Below, in pieces: positions 34,284-44,245 of a stretch of DNA of 64,000 nt. The notes beneath the pieces were generated by a model. The model saw nothing but the letters and a program-made list of their open reading frames with translations. It had not been told where the DNA came from and did not search any database. The DNA comes from a virus. Its lineage: Duplodnaviria; Caudoviricetes. The stretch covers positions 1 to 64,000 of the IMG/VR virus record IMGVR_UViG_3300021387_001709. The stretch is one strand, 5' to 3'. Numbering within the stretch: position 1 is the first letter of the stretch; every line of letters begins with the position of its first letter. A program made the position numbers and the translations under genes.

Positions 34284-35211
34284 GGAGGTAACGATGAAAC
34301 CCGTAGATATTATTAATACAATAACCAATCTCGAAGCAGATGAGGTTAAAGAACTCGCTGATATTCGCGCTACTAAGAATATTGATGACGAAACATTTGA
34401 TAAACTATATGCTCGTACAAGATGGTACATTCAGCATTCGTTCGAAACAGGATGGAATACTTGTTGCGATTTCCTTCTGTCGTGGTTCGAAGATATAAAA
34501 GCCAATCTTGATAAAGAGGATAATCCCGGTCTTCTTACCCTAGATCAGCTCGTTCGAGCAATTCACAAGTTCAAGCTTGGTGACAATAACGACGAGGTGG
34601 ACGAAGAATGAGTTGGTGGACAGAAATAGGCGACGTCGTACAGTTTAATGAAAAACATGACTGGCGCGGAGTAATAGGAATAATCACTGAAATCAAACAG
34701 ATTGACGGCGGTGATATTAAATATAGAATTGGAGTGCCGATGCTGAACGGGGGAGTTGCTTATATTTACTCTCTCGGATCGGCTACTGAATTTGAATACA
34801 TCGGCAAAGCAGCATTGTGGGTGGACGGTAAGATTATAGGGGGTGACTGTAATGACGGTTGATGTGACTTTTCATGGCAAATTATCTGTGAATGCCCCAG
34901 ACGAAAATATCGGTAAATCCCGAGCAGTCCAGATGTTATATGATAGGCTGAAAAATATCGATGGTTTTTCATATATTAGAACTGGTTTACCTACTTGCGA
35001 AGTAAGAATTTGCCGAGTCAATGATTGGGAAGGATTATATATCAATAATGAGATTGTCCTTCAGGATCATCATTTGGACGTTGGGGATGTACTTCATTGC
35101 TTGGAGAATTCCGGCAATATTAACTTCGTTAGTGAATGGTGCAACGAACAGCAAATTGAAGAACTTGGCGGATTCCCTCACTATTATACAGACTTGAAAT
35201 GAGGTAAAACA

Positions 35212-35448
35212 ATGATTAAACTACAGATTCAATTTGATAAAGTTAATAAATTATGCGCTATCTGTGAAGCTGCTCCGTTTGATGTAGATATTGTTTGCGG
35301 AAAATACGTTGTCGATGGTACCAGTGCTATGGGAGTCGCTTCTTTAATCGGTAGAACGGTCGTGGTTAATCCAGTGGCGGTGGATGACCAACACCAGATA
35401 TTTGATTTTTATGATAAATTGACTTCGATTGGAGCGTATCAGGCATGA
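35212..35448 (+). CDS. HPr-like small protein
   Basis: DVDIVCGKYVVDGTSAMGV resembles the HPr VD.KS.MG segment; no His15 motif evident. Confidence 0.55.
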   Translation: MIKLQIQFDKVNKLCAICEAAPFDVDIVCGKYVVDGTSAMGVASLIGRTVVVNPVAVDDQHQIFDFYDKLTSIGAYQA

Positions 35449-36050
35449 GCAATTTTTTTAAATCGATTATGGCGGGAATTGCAATCGGCATCGGCGGATG
35501 GGCATTTCTCGCTTCAGATAACAAATTAGTGGGATCTATTCTTTTTTCTATTGGGCTACTACTGGTTTGCACTATGGGTTATAACCTATATACCGGCAAA
35601 ATCTGTAAAGCATTTACAATCGGTGGTCCCAAATTTATTTTATTCCCGTGGATGCTGCTGGGAAATTTCTTCGGCACATTTATTGTGGCAATGCTGACCA
35701 GGGCAGGGCGTCCACTTCTGATAGATAAGGCAGCTGCTGTTTGCTCAGCGAAATTATCTGAGGGACTTGCGGTCATTCCTTTGGCAATTATGTGTAATGT
35801 AATGATTTATTATGCGGTTACAAGCTACGGTGAAAATCCCCATCAACTCGGCAAATATCTGGGGATTATCTTAGGCGTAACAATATTTGTATTCTGCGGC
35901 TTCGAGCATTGTGTGGCTAATGCCTACTACTTTTTTGTTGCCGGTTTCTCCATGGAGCATATACCATTCTTGATACTGAATGTTCTCGGCAATACAATTG
36001 GGGGAATCGTTATATATAGATTAGACACTTTATCAAAGATTAATTATTAA
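35445..36050 (+). CDS. Formate/nitrite transporter (FNT) family channel
   Basis: AGIAIGIGG, LYTG, LGNFFG, IMCN, GFEHCVAN, LGNTIGG. Confidence 0.88.
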   Translation: MSNFFKSIMAGIAIGIGGWAFLASDNKLVGSILFSIGLLLVCTMGYNLYTGKICKAFTIGGPKFILFPWMLLGNFFGTFIVAMLTRAGRPLLIDKAAAVCSAKLSEGLAVIPLAIMCNVMIYYAVTSYGENPHQLGKYLGIILGVTIFVFCGFEHCVANAYYFFVAGFSMEHIPFLILNVLGNTIGGIVIYRLDTLSKINY

Positions 36051-36713
36051 AGGAGTAAGTAACTATGAAGATTTTTAACATCAAAAACATTGAAGGCTTT
36101 TTCAATGTGGTCGATAAGTGCAAAGGCCAGGTTCATGTGGTGTCCCCGGAGGGCGATGATATTGTACTGACCAGTAAGCTGAGTAGGGTTGTTTTTGCGG
36201 TTATTAATGAGGAACAGATTAATAATCTGAATCTGGAACTCAAGTGTGAGAACCCCGAAGATACAATGCTGTTTATGGATTTCTTAGCGAGAGGATAATT
36301 ATGAGCGAGTATTATGTTAATGAAGAAAAAGGTACTGTTGTAAGTGTTTATGATTCGGGTGACTTGGGATTAAGTGATTTTGCTAAGAAAGTAGGAAAAC
36401 ATGTTCATGGTCCGAGGATTTATCGCAATATTATTGCGGATATTATTAACTCCAATATCTTTCCGATTTATCCGCAGTATATTCGCGGCGTCGCCAAACT
36501 TGGTGAGAATGATTCCTGGGATGAAACCAAAGGTAAGAAAATCGCCGATCAGAAAGTTGCACTGAAGAAGAATGATCGCATTGTTAAACAGGCGATTCTG
36601 GTTAAGAAGCACTTACTCAATATTGTTAAGGAACTTGATGTGATTATCAGTAAGTACTCTGAGAAGTGTGCAGCTATTGAAGAGGACTTTGATAGATACT
36701 ATGTGAAGGGGGA

Positions 36714-36926
36714 ATGATGATGGAAGTGATACTGTATAGTACTCATTGTCCAAAATGTAATATTTTAGAGAAAAAATTAGACATGGGGAATATTAAATAT
36801 ACGATAATTACCGATGCGGATGTGATGATTGAGAAAGGATTTAAATCTGCTCCAATTCTGGAGGTTGACGGAGTAGTAAAGACATTTAAAGAAGCTATTG
36901 ACTGGCTTGAGGAACTGGAGGATTGA
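36714..36926 (+). CDS. Glutaredoxin-like (NrdH-like) protein
   Basis: LYSTHCPKC, SAPILEVDG; immediately upstream of nrdD. Confidence 0.8.
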   Translation: MMMEVILYSTHCPKCNILEKKLDMGNIKYTIITDADVMIEKGFKSAPILEVDGVVKTFKEAIDWLEELED

Positions 36927-36932
36927 TGCTTT

Positions 36933-38909
36933 ATGGATATTCAGCTGAAATTAACTAAAGATTTTGAAAGATACTTAAATGAACTCAAGAATAAATATGG
37001 CGAAGATTTCGAATATATTAACGGTATTCATCCTAGCCAGTTAGACTTCTCTGAGTTCATTGATAATTTCGTGGATAAGGGTACTTTGGCTGATGCCAGT
37101 ATTGATCCGAATGCTAACGCCAACAATCGAGACATCCGTAGTTTTATGACAGAAAAGGCTAAAAGTGAAGATAAACTCTTTGGACTAAATAAAATATTCT
37201 CTACTATGAAGAAACAGTGGGGATTAAGAACCGCAAAACAGTGGTTCGAGCAAGAATTTAGTAAAGGGTTTTATCTGAATGATAGCACAACGGCATCGTA
37301 TTTCCCATATTGTTGGGCGAATGATTTGACAAGATTAGCTACTGAGGGATTATTCTTTTTGAATAACTACAACAACCAATCCCCAAAGCATTTAACGACA
37401 TTTGTAGACGATTTAATTGAATTTGTTTCCTTCTTGTCAAATAGACAGTCCGGCGCTGTTGGTTTGCCAAATGTCCTTATTTGGGCATGGTGGTTCTGGA
37501 AGAAAGACGTTGAAACTGGATACTTTATTAAAGACCCAGATTATTATCTCAGACAGCAATTCCAGAAGATTGTGTACCGTCTCAATCAACCGTTTTTAAG
37601 AATCGACCAGAGCAGTTTCACTAACGTATCAATTTTCGATAGACCGTATCTTGAGGGCATTTTCGGCGGTGTTGAATTTCCGGATGGAACATTTGCTATT
37701 GACCATGTCGAAGATTTAATAGAATGTCAGAAAGCATTCATGGAAGTTGTTGCCGAAATTAGGAGAGAACAGAATATGTTTACATACCCGGTTCTTACGT
37801 ACTCTCTTCTTAAGCGTAATGATTTTAAAGACGGCGAAATCGAAGAAATGATTAAAACAAGAAATTGGGATATTTTTGTCGATAAAGATTTTGCCAGATG
37901 GTGTTCAGATCATAATGTGGAATGGAATGATTCTAATTTCTTCTGTAGCGATAATGTTGGAGTATTGAGTAATTGTTGTAGGCTTCTCTCTGATACTACT
38001 AAGCTTGATGCATTTATCAATTCCATTGGTGGCACTGCTCTTTCCGTTGGGTCTTGTCGAGTTAGCACAATTAATCTTGTTAGAATTGCTTATGAGAGCG
38101 AGTTTGATAAGAAGAAATATATGAGAATTCTTAGACAGAGAGTTCTGCTTGATTGTAAAGCGCTGTATTCAATGAGACATATCCTTAAGAGAAACATCGA
38201 AAAAGGGTTACTTCCCAATTATCAGGATGGAGCTGTTGAACTTAGTAAACAGTTTTGTACAATCGGCGGAATCGGAATGTACGAAGTTATGGATTTATTT
38301 GGATTAATTAATACGGATGAATTCGGCTGTAAGTCCTACTCTGATGAAGCGGTAGAATTCGCTACGAAAATCCTCGATACAATGAATGAAGTCAAGGATA
38401 ATTTTGAGTGTGACTTTACGTTCAACATTGAAATGATTCCCGCTGAGAACTGCGCTGGGGTTATTTGTCAGGCAGATAATTTAATATATGAGCAGGACAA
38501 GTATTTCATTTATTCTAATCAGTGGATTCCGCTCATGGAGAAATGTACAATCCAGGAAAAATGTAGACTTGGTTCTTTGTTTGATGAAAAATGTGGTGGT
38601 GGATGTATTGCTCACATCAACGTCGAAAACAGATTTGCCAATAATGACGCAGCATGGGATATGCTGAATTATGTTGCAGCTATGGGAGTCATTTATTTTG
38701 CATTCACCACAAAAATTAGTGTTTGTAAGAATAAACATGCTTTTATTAGTGAGAATAAATGCCCTCAGTGTGGTGAACCTATTTCTGATACTTATGCCAG
38801 AGTTGTTGGTTTCTATGTCCCGATTAGTAGTTATCAGAAAATCAGAAAACGTGAATTTGACAAACGCCGTTGGATGAATGTCTTAAGCAACGATGGTATT
38901 ATGCAATGA
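36933..38909 (+). CDS. nrdD: Anaerobic (class III) ribonucleotide reductase
   Basis: PYC, QSGAVG, SNCCRL, PAEN, C-terminal Zn site and glycyl-radical RVVGF; no ATP cone. Confidence 0.93.
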   Translation: MDIQLKLTKDFERYLNELKNKYGEDFEYINGIHPSQLDFSEFIDNFVDKGTLADASIDPNANANNRDIRSFMTEKAKSEDKLFGLNKIFSTMKKQWGLRTAKQWFEQEFSKGFYLNDSTTASYFPYCWANDLTRLATEGLFFLNNYNNQSPKHLTTFVDDLIEFVSFLSNRQSGAVGLPNVLIWAWWFWKKDVETGYFIKDPDYYLRQQFQKIVYRLNQPFLRIDQSSFTNVSIFDRPYLEGIFGGVEFPDGTFAIDHVEDLIECQKAFMEVVAEIRREQNMFTYPVLTYSLLKRNDFKDGEIEEMIKTRNWDIFVDKDFARWCSDHNVEWNDSNFFCSDNVGVLSNCCRLLSDTTKLDAFINSIGGTALSVGSCRVSTINLVRIAYESEFDKKKYMRILRQRVLLDCKALYSMRHILKRNIEKGLLPNYQDGAVELSKQFCTIGGIGMYEVMDLFGLINTDEFGCKSYSDEAVEFATKILDTMNEVKDNFECDFTFNIEMIPAENCAGVICQADNLIYEQDKYFIYSNQWIPLMEKCTIQEKCRLGSLFDEKCGGGCIAHINVENRFANNDAAWDMLNYVAAMGVIYFAFTTKISVCKNKHAFISENKCPQCGEPISDTYARVVGFYVPISSYQKIRKREFDKRRWMNVLSNDGIMQ

Positions 38910-39388
38910 TAGATACAATTATTTTAAAAGGTATTATTGATGAGGACTTTGTTAACTACAGAGTCCCATCAATGGTACTTATGTTTCCAAAGTGTTCTTT
39001 TAAGTGTGGCACAAACTTTTGCCAAAACTCATCTTTAGTTAAAGCAGAAAATATTGAAGTCCAATTAAGCAGACTTTTTGAAAGATACATAAATAACCCA
39101 ATAACAAATAGTGTTGTATTACAAGGACTGGAACCATTCGATTCATGGGATGAGTTATTCTCACTGATTAAATATTTTAGGAATAATGATTGTAACGACG
39201 ATATTGTTATTTATACGGGCTATAACAAGTCTGAAATATTGGACATGGTGAATGATTTAAGTGTATTCCACAATTTAATTATTAAATATGGAAGATACAT
39301 TCCAAATCAAAAATCACATTTTGATGACATACTTGGAGTGAGATTAGCGTCAGATAACCAGTATGCAGAAAGGTTAGATAATGACTAA
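38906..39388 (+). CDS. nrdG: Anaerobic RNR activase (radical SAM-like)
   Basis: C.FKC....CQN, GLEPF, IYTGY, LASDNQY; follows nrdD. Confidence 0.85.
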   Translation: MIDTIILKGIIDEDFVNYRVPSMVLMFPKCSFKCGTNFCQNSSLVKAENIEVQLSRLFERYINNPITNSVVLQGLEPFDSWDELFSLIKYFRNNDCNDDIVIYTGYNKSEILDMVNDLSVFHNLIIKYGRYIPNQKSHFDDILGVRLASDNQYAERLDND

Positions 39389-39649
39389 AGGTGACATTTA
39401 TTATTACGCTAGAATTCACCCGGCTACCGGAATCTACGAAGTGGATGAACTCTGCATTCGCACTGTGGAGGATACCTACTTCGTAGGTACTGAAAAAAGG
39501 ACAAAGCAAGCGTTCCTATTTAACTATGATGAATTAGAAGAGACCGTCTTTTCGGACAGAACAAAAGCTCTTGCTCTAGTCAAAGCTGCGGAAGCCGAAT
39601 TCAAAGATAAGAAGAAATTTACTGTTGATTATGATGAGGGAGAAACTAT

Positions 39650-40159
39650 ATGAAAGTAGTTGGAAATTTTTTAAAGGTAAGTTTTGACCAATTTGTTAAA
39701 GATTGGGAAGATACATTCAATGTATCCGATAAAAATTATATAGCCGATATATATGAAAGTATTAAACTTCCGAAAAGAAGCACTGCTGGAAGTGCCGGTT
39801 ATGATTTTGTTTCACCGTTGCATTTTTGTTTGGAACCTGAGGACGAAATTAAGATTCCAACCGGTATCAGAGTAGAGATTAATAAACCCGGTTGGACACT
39901 GATGCTGTTTCCGAGATCTGGGCTGGGATTTAAATATCATTTAAAATTCGCGAACACGATTCCGGTAATAGATGGTGATTACGCTTACTCAGATAATGAG
40001 GGCCATATATTCATTAAGATTCGTAATGAAGGTTCCAAAACTATGGTTGTTGAAGCAGGTGACAAAATCGTCCAAGGGGTATTTCTTAAATTCGGCATTA
40101 CATCCGATGATAATGTCACAGCAACCAGAAATGGTGGTTTTGGTAGCACGGGGAGGTAA
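39650..40159 (+). CDS. dut: Trimeric dUTPase
   Basis: SAGYD, PRSGLG, VIDGDY, DKIVQG, RNGGFGSTG. Confidence 0.93.
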   Translation: MKVVGNFLKVSFDQFVKDWEDTFNVSDKNYIADIYESIKLPKRSTAGSAGYDFVSPLHFCLEPEDEIKIPTGIRVEINKPGWTLMLFPRSGLGFKYHLKFANTIPVIDGDYAYSDNEGHIFIKIRNEGSKTMVVEAGDKIVQGVFLKFGITSDDNVTATRNGGFGSTGR

Positions 40160-40160
40160 C

Positions 40161-40649
40161 ATGAAGATTATTAAACAGAATGGCGATAATAAATCTTCGC
40201 CTATTTCATTTCCTATTAAAGTAACTTGCGAACACTGCGGATCAATCATCGAATTGGAGAGTGAAGACGATTTACACGAGGGATATCTTGGAATGATGTA
40301 TTTTAAATGTCCTTGCTGTGAGAAAGAGGCTTGTGTTGACCACCCGGACCTTGATAAAAAAGTAACAATTGATAATCTGAATTTCCCGGATAATTTCTGG
40401 CATTTTGATTCCACCGACGGTGAGACGGTTCATGTACAAGACAAGGAAGTAACCGACTTTATTAAAGAAGCGATTCTTAAGTTACGAAAAAATAGATTTG
40501 ATGACGACTATGGTGATATGTTTTACACCGGTACCGGAGATACGCTAGTTTATGTTAAACGTTATCCAGGAGACGAAGAATACATGGTTGTCGTAGCACA
40601 GAATTACTATCAGACTGAGATCCCGTTCGAATTAGAAGATTATGCATAA
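40161..40649 (+). CDS. Zn-ribbon hypothetical protein
   Basis: CEHC and CPCC; GGAGG RBS. Confidence 0.6.
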   Translation: MKIIKQNGDNKSSPISFPIKVTCEHCGSIIELESEDDLHEGYLGMMYFKCPCCEKEACVDHPDLDKKVTIDNLNFPDNFWHFDSTDGETVHVQDKEVTDFIKEAILKLRKNRFDDDYGDMFYTGTGDTLVYVKRYPGDEEYMVVVAQNYYQTEIPFELEDYA

Positions 40650-41151
40650 GAGTATTTTTATTATTAATGGTCCGGCAACCGCCGGTAAAGATACATTTGT
40701 TAGTATGGTAAGTTCAATCGTGCCTACCATAAACTACTCATCCGTCCAGGTAGTGAAGGAAGCTGCTACACTGCTTGGATGGGCGGGCGGTAAATCCGAA
40801 AAAGATAGGAAATTTCTTTCCGATATAAAATTTTTATGTTCGGAATATTCAGACACTCCATACAAATCTATGGAGAAAAAGATATATGATTTTTTAGATG
40901 ACGATATCCATGAAATGCTATTCCTTCATATTAGAGAACGCGCTGAAATCGAGCGCATGGTAAAAGAATATCCAATGATTAGAACCATACTGGTCACCAG
41001 AAGCGGAGTTGCCCCAATCACGAGTAATTCCGCAGATGCTCAAGTATATGATTGGAGTTACGATTATGTCATTGATAATTCCGGAACACTAGGCGATTTA
41101 AAGTCAGTAGCCGTGAATTTTGTAAATGATATTAATAAGGAAGTGATGTAA
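40642..41151 (+). CDS. P-loop deoxynucleoside monophosphate kinase-like protein
   Basis: INGPATAGKDT, DRKFL, HIRE..E, YDYVIDNSGT. Confidence 0.75.
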   Translation: MHKSIFIINGPATAGKDTFVSMVSSIVPTINYSSVQVVKEAATLLGWAGGKSEKDRKFLSDIKFLCSEYSDTPYKSMEKKIYDFLDDDIHEMLFLHIRERAEIERMVKEYPMIRTILVTRSGVAPITSNSADAQVYDWSYDYVIDNSGTLGDLKSVAVNFVNDINKEVM

Positions 41152-41180
41152 CCATAGGTAGCGGTAACGAAGATGAGATA

Positions 41181-42383
41181 TTGCGCTTGCTTGCATCTGA
41201 TGCTACTATAGATACATCATATATCCAATCTCAGATTGATGAGATGAATAGAAGAAAGATGTATCTAAGCAATCACAAGTATGCAATTACGCAAAACAAA
41301 GATGGGAAGTGGTACACGTATTTGCCCGATCCCGTTAAGGGCAGAAAATTATATAAAAGAAGTTCGAGAAAAGAATTGGAAGATATTATAGTAGAATGCT
41401 ATAAAAATCTGGAGTCGCTAGGCTCAACGTTCGAAGAAGTGTATTTTCAGTGGAGAGAATATAAAGACAAGATGGTGTCCGATAATACGGCTGTCAGATA
41501 TGATACTGATTATGCCAGATGTCTGGAAGGTACGGACTTTGTGCATACGCCAATTTCGGTTATTACCGAAGATGACATATTGGTATTTATAAAACAGCAA
41601 ATAGAACGCCTAAAGTTACCGAAGAAAGCAGCCAAGATGTTATTCGGTTACATTCACAACACTTTGTTGTTCGCTTGCCGCCACAAGATGATTGACGAAG
41701 ATGTTATGAGGTTTATGAAACCTGGAGAATTTTATGAGTATTGTACTGTATCTAAACGATCACAAAAAGCCCAAACTATCAGCGATGAGGATAATGCCAA
41801 ACTTCAGGCACTGCTGAAGGATGACATACAAAACAATCCGACTTATATCCCTCCATATGCCGTGGTATTATCTTCGCTAACCGGAATGAGGGTCGGTGAA
41901 CTGGCAGCGTTAACTTGGGACTGCGTGTTTGAAGATCGTTTATTAATTAACAAATCAGAGAAGTATAATCGCAAGACCAAGACCTACTCCATTGAAGGTA
42001 CTAAGAATGGCAAATCTAGGGTATTTCCAATGACAAAAGAAATAAAAGAACTTCTTTATAACCTCAAGAAGGTCGAAACTGCCAATGGGTTCTTGAGTGA
42101 ATTTGTATTCTCGGGAGAATCCGGACGAATTCATACAAATGTAATAAGTAGCTGCATTAAGAACAAATGCCGGACTTTAGGTATTACAGAACGAGGAATC
42201 CACGCATACCGTAAAACACTGAACTCCAAAATGAGATGTAGCGGTGTCTCGGCAACGGTTGCGGCGAGTTTACTCGGTCACTCACCAGAAGTCAACGAGC
42301 AGTATTACACGTATGATGTGGCGGACTTCTCGACCAAAACAAGTATCATTTCCGAACTAAATAAGAAGGTTATGGGGGAATAA
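41181..42383 (+). CDS. int: Tyrosine integrase
   Basis: TGMRVGELAAL.W, K, HAYRKT, LLGHS, QYY; true start may lie slightly upstream. Confidence 0.92.
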   Translation: MRLLASDATIDTSYIQSQIDEMNRRKMYLSNHKYAITQNKDGKWYTYLPDPVKGRKLYKRSSRKELEDIIVECYKNLESLGSTFEEVYFQWREYKDKMVSDNTAVRYDTDYARCLEGTDFVHTPISVITEDDILVFIKQQIERLKLPKKAAKMLFGYIHNTLLFACRHKMIDEDVMRFMKPGEFYEYCTVSKRSQKAQTISDEDNAKLQALLKDDIQNNPTYIPPYAVVLSSLTGMRVGELAALTWDCVFEDRLLINKSEKYNRKTKTYSIEGTKNGKSRVFPMTKEIKELLYNLKKVETANGFLSEFVFSGESGRIHTNVISSCIKNKCRTLGITERGIHAYRKTLNSKMRCSGVSATVAASLLGHSPEVNEQYYTYDVADFSTKTSIISELNKKVMGE

Positions 42384-42448
42384 CGGGAATTATTTTTCCC
42401 CCATTTTACCCCAAATTTTGTTACCTTTTGTTACCTGAAAGGTTTCGC

Positions 42449-42477
42449 TTGACAACTATCAAAAAAAGTGCTATTAT
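42449..42477 (+). promoter_or_regulatory. Strong sigma-A promoter aimed at the tRNA fragment
   Basis: TTGACA-17-TATTAT with extended TG. Confidence 0.8.
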
Positions 42478-42523
42478 GCAAAATGTCCAAAGCCCAGTAA
42501 ATACAAGGGTTTGAGGAATATTT

Positions 42524-42569
42524 CGGGGTATGGCGTAGCTTGGTAGCGCGCTCGGCTGGGGGCCGAGAG
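42524..42569 (+). tRNA. 5' portion of tRNA-Pro(GGG), lacking the T-arm and 3' end (att core)
   Basis: CGGGGTATGGCGTAGCTTGGTAGCGCG, anticodon arm CTCGG-CTGGGGG-CCGAG; no TTCRA arm follows. Confidence 0.85.
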
Positions 42570-42733
42570 TCCTTCCCGAAACAGTTTCAAAAACGCTCAA
42601 ACCTCAGTAAAATCAAGGGCTGGCGCTCATTTTTGATACGGCACAAATTTGTTACATTTGTTACCTCGCTTCAGAAAGGCAAGAATTGGATATATGATGA
42701 AAGTTGTTTGTGCAATCTGTACAAACAAATCGT

Positions 42734-42765
42734 AAAAAAAGGGGACACCGATTTGGTATCCCCTT
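42734..42765 (-). terminator. Rho-independent terminator of the late operon
   Basis: Minus strand GGGGATACC-AAATC-GGTGTCCCC followed by T7. Confidence 0.8.
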
Positions 42766-42939
42766 AAATTATTTAGTTACATGTTGTTATCTTGTTGCGA
42801 TTTGTCATTATTTTGTCCAATTACGGGTAATTCCCATACCCTCATTTCTTGGAATTCAATTATCTTCTTTAAGTCCGGGATTTCCGGAGTCGATTTCGTT
42901 GCTCTTTGGATTTTGCCCCAGTTGAGCAGCAGTCTCCAT

Positions 42940-43380
42940 TTATCCATTAGCTTCACCGGGGCTTGTAATTACCTGAGTAGAAGCAATAACTTCCTCAGTA
43001 GTCTCCGGTTTATTGTTCTCTTTAACAATCTTTCTCAGCGTTTTAAGGCTTTCATTGATTTGTTCATCAATAAAAGCTATTATTTCTTCCTGGTTTATAG
43101 CCCTCGAAAGCACTGGGTACTTTTCGTATATAGTCTGTATAGTCTATGCGCGCTTCACCGCCCCGGCTTCGTTCCACTGGTCAAAGTCAATCTCTGCCTG
43201 AGTAATCATTCTCAGCATAGTCTCTCTAATTTGCTTCTTAGCAATCTCAATTTTCTCCTCGTCTGATTTGCCGAGAAATGCTTTTACCTTTTGGATGATT
43301 CCGATAATCAGTCCAATATAGACCAATATCTCAACATAATGTTCATTAATAAATCGTAAGAAATTCTCTAATCCTTTCAT
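42940..43380 (-). CDS. Holin-like protein (146 aa, 1 TAG read as Gln)
   Basis: N-terminal TM segment; AGAVKRA(Q)TIQTIYEKYP continues to TAA at 42940; in the lysis cluster. Confidence 0.7.
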
Positions 43381-43395
43381 ACATTATCCTCCTTA

Positions 43396-43647
43396 TTATC
43401 CTACTCCCGGTGGTAATTCATCATTTGTACCGTCATAGTTATTTTTTATTTTTGTTCCTTTAATATAGCCCAATATCCCAAATTCACCCAGTCCCGCTGC
43501 AAATACTGCGGCTATTAAAGAACTTGGTTCCATTAATCCACGCTCGACAATATCCAATATTCGAAGTGTGAATAAAATAAGCAGAATTGCAACCAGAATT
43601 ACCATCACATTCGAAAACTTAATTTTCTTCTTAATCTTATTAAACAC
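43396..43647 (-). CDS. Two-TM membrane protein (lysis cluster)
   Basis: Two hydrophobic helices. Confidence 0.65.
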   Translation of the reverse strand: MFNKIKKKIKFSNVMVILVAILLILFTLRILDIVERGLMEPSSLIAAVFAAGLGEFGILGYIKGTKIKNNYDGTNDELPPGVG

Positions 43648-43660
43648 TCACATCACTTCC

Positions 43661-44230
43661 TTATACTGGGAATCCATCGCGCATCCCCTCTTCATATTTT
43701 TCATTTATTAATTTCATAGCCATTGTTACGCGACCATTCTCCATTCCATTTTCTTGAAGTAATCCCTCATAAGATGAATAAACGTCCTCAATATGGTTAT
43801 ATGCTTCTATATCATATTTTCTGCCGTTTCTTACAGCATTTGCGAAATCTAATATATTCCATCTGATACTTTCTATCTCACGCTTATTATCTTCAAATTC
43901 TTTCTTTGTAATTTGTTCTTGTAATTTGTTAATAGCTTCCATTACTTGTGTCTAAGAATCTTCCATCCGCTAATTAAACTATTTGCGAGCTTCGCGAAAT
44001 TCTGCTTGTGCTTCTTTCATCTGATCCATTTCGTCCTTTAAACACGCTATATTTTCTTTCATTAAACGCCGTGATCTCATTGTTTTCGTCTCTATGCCCG
44101 TAATTTCTTGAATTTTCTTGACCAGCATATATACTGCCACCCCAACGGATGCAAGAACGACTAGAGAAATTACTAACGCACGTAAATCCAAGGATAGCGC
44201 ATATTCTAACATTTCAGCTTGTTCGGGCAT
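43661..44230 (-). CDS. Membrane-anchored coiled-coil lysis-cluster protein (189 aa, 3 TAG)
   Basis: Two ORF-track pieces join in frame via EARK*FN*RMEDS*TQVMEAINK; GGAGGTG RBS. Confidence 0.75.
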
Positions 44231-44245
44231 TAGTCTCACCTCCTC

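Larger units (their letters stand above)
42417..42665. mobile_element. attP site
   Basis: Next to int; tRNA-fragment core; TTTGTTAC(C/A) direct-repeat pairs on both sides (42417, 42427, 42648, 42657); CCCAGTAAATACAAGGG and CTCAGTAAAATCAAGGG boxes flank the core. Confidence 0.75.

Noticed and set aside
42524-42600. Complete tRNA-Pro gene, and + strand ORF 42540..42767
   Set aside because: No T-arm or proper 3' acceptor strand; the ORF merely overlaps the att site
42902-42917. Self-target of an array-2 spacer (15/16 match to 4819-4834)
   Set aside because: The match is short and A-rich, misses the repeat-proximal part of the spacer, and is plausible by chance
42777-42947. 56-codon minus-strand ORF after the holin
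   Set aside because: It is coupled to the holin stop and may be real, but has no clear RBS or recognisable motif
42781-43266. Plus-strand ORFs in the late arm and minus-strand ORFs in the early arm
   Set aside because: They are antisense shadows of well-supported genes, lacking RBSs and motifs
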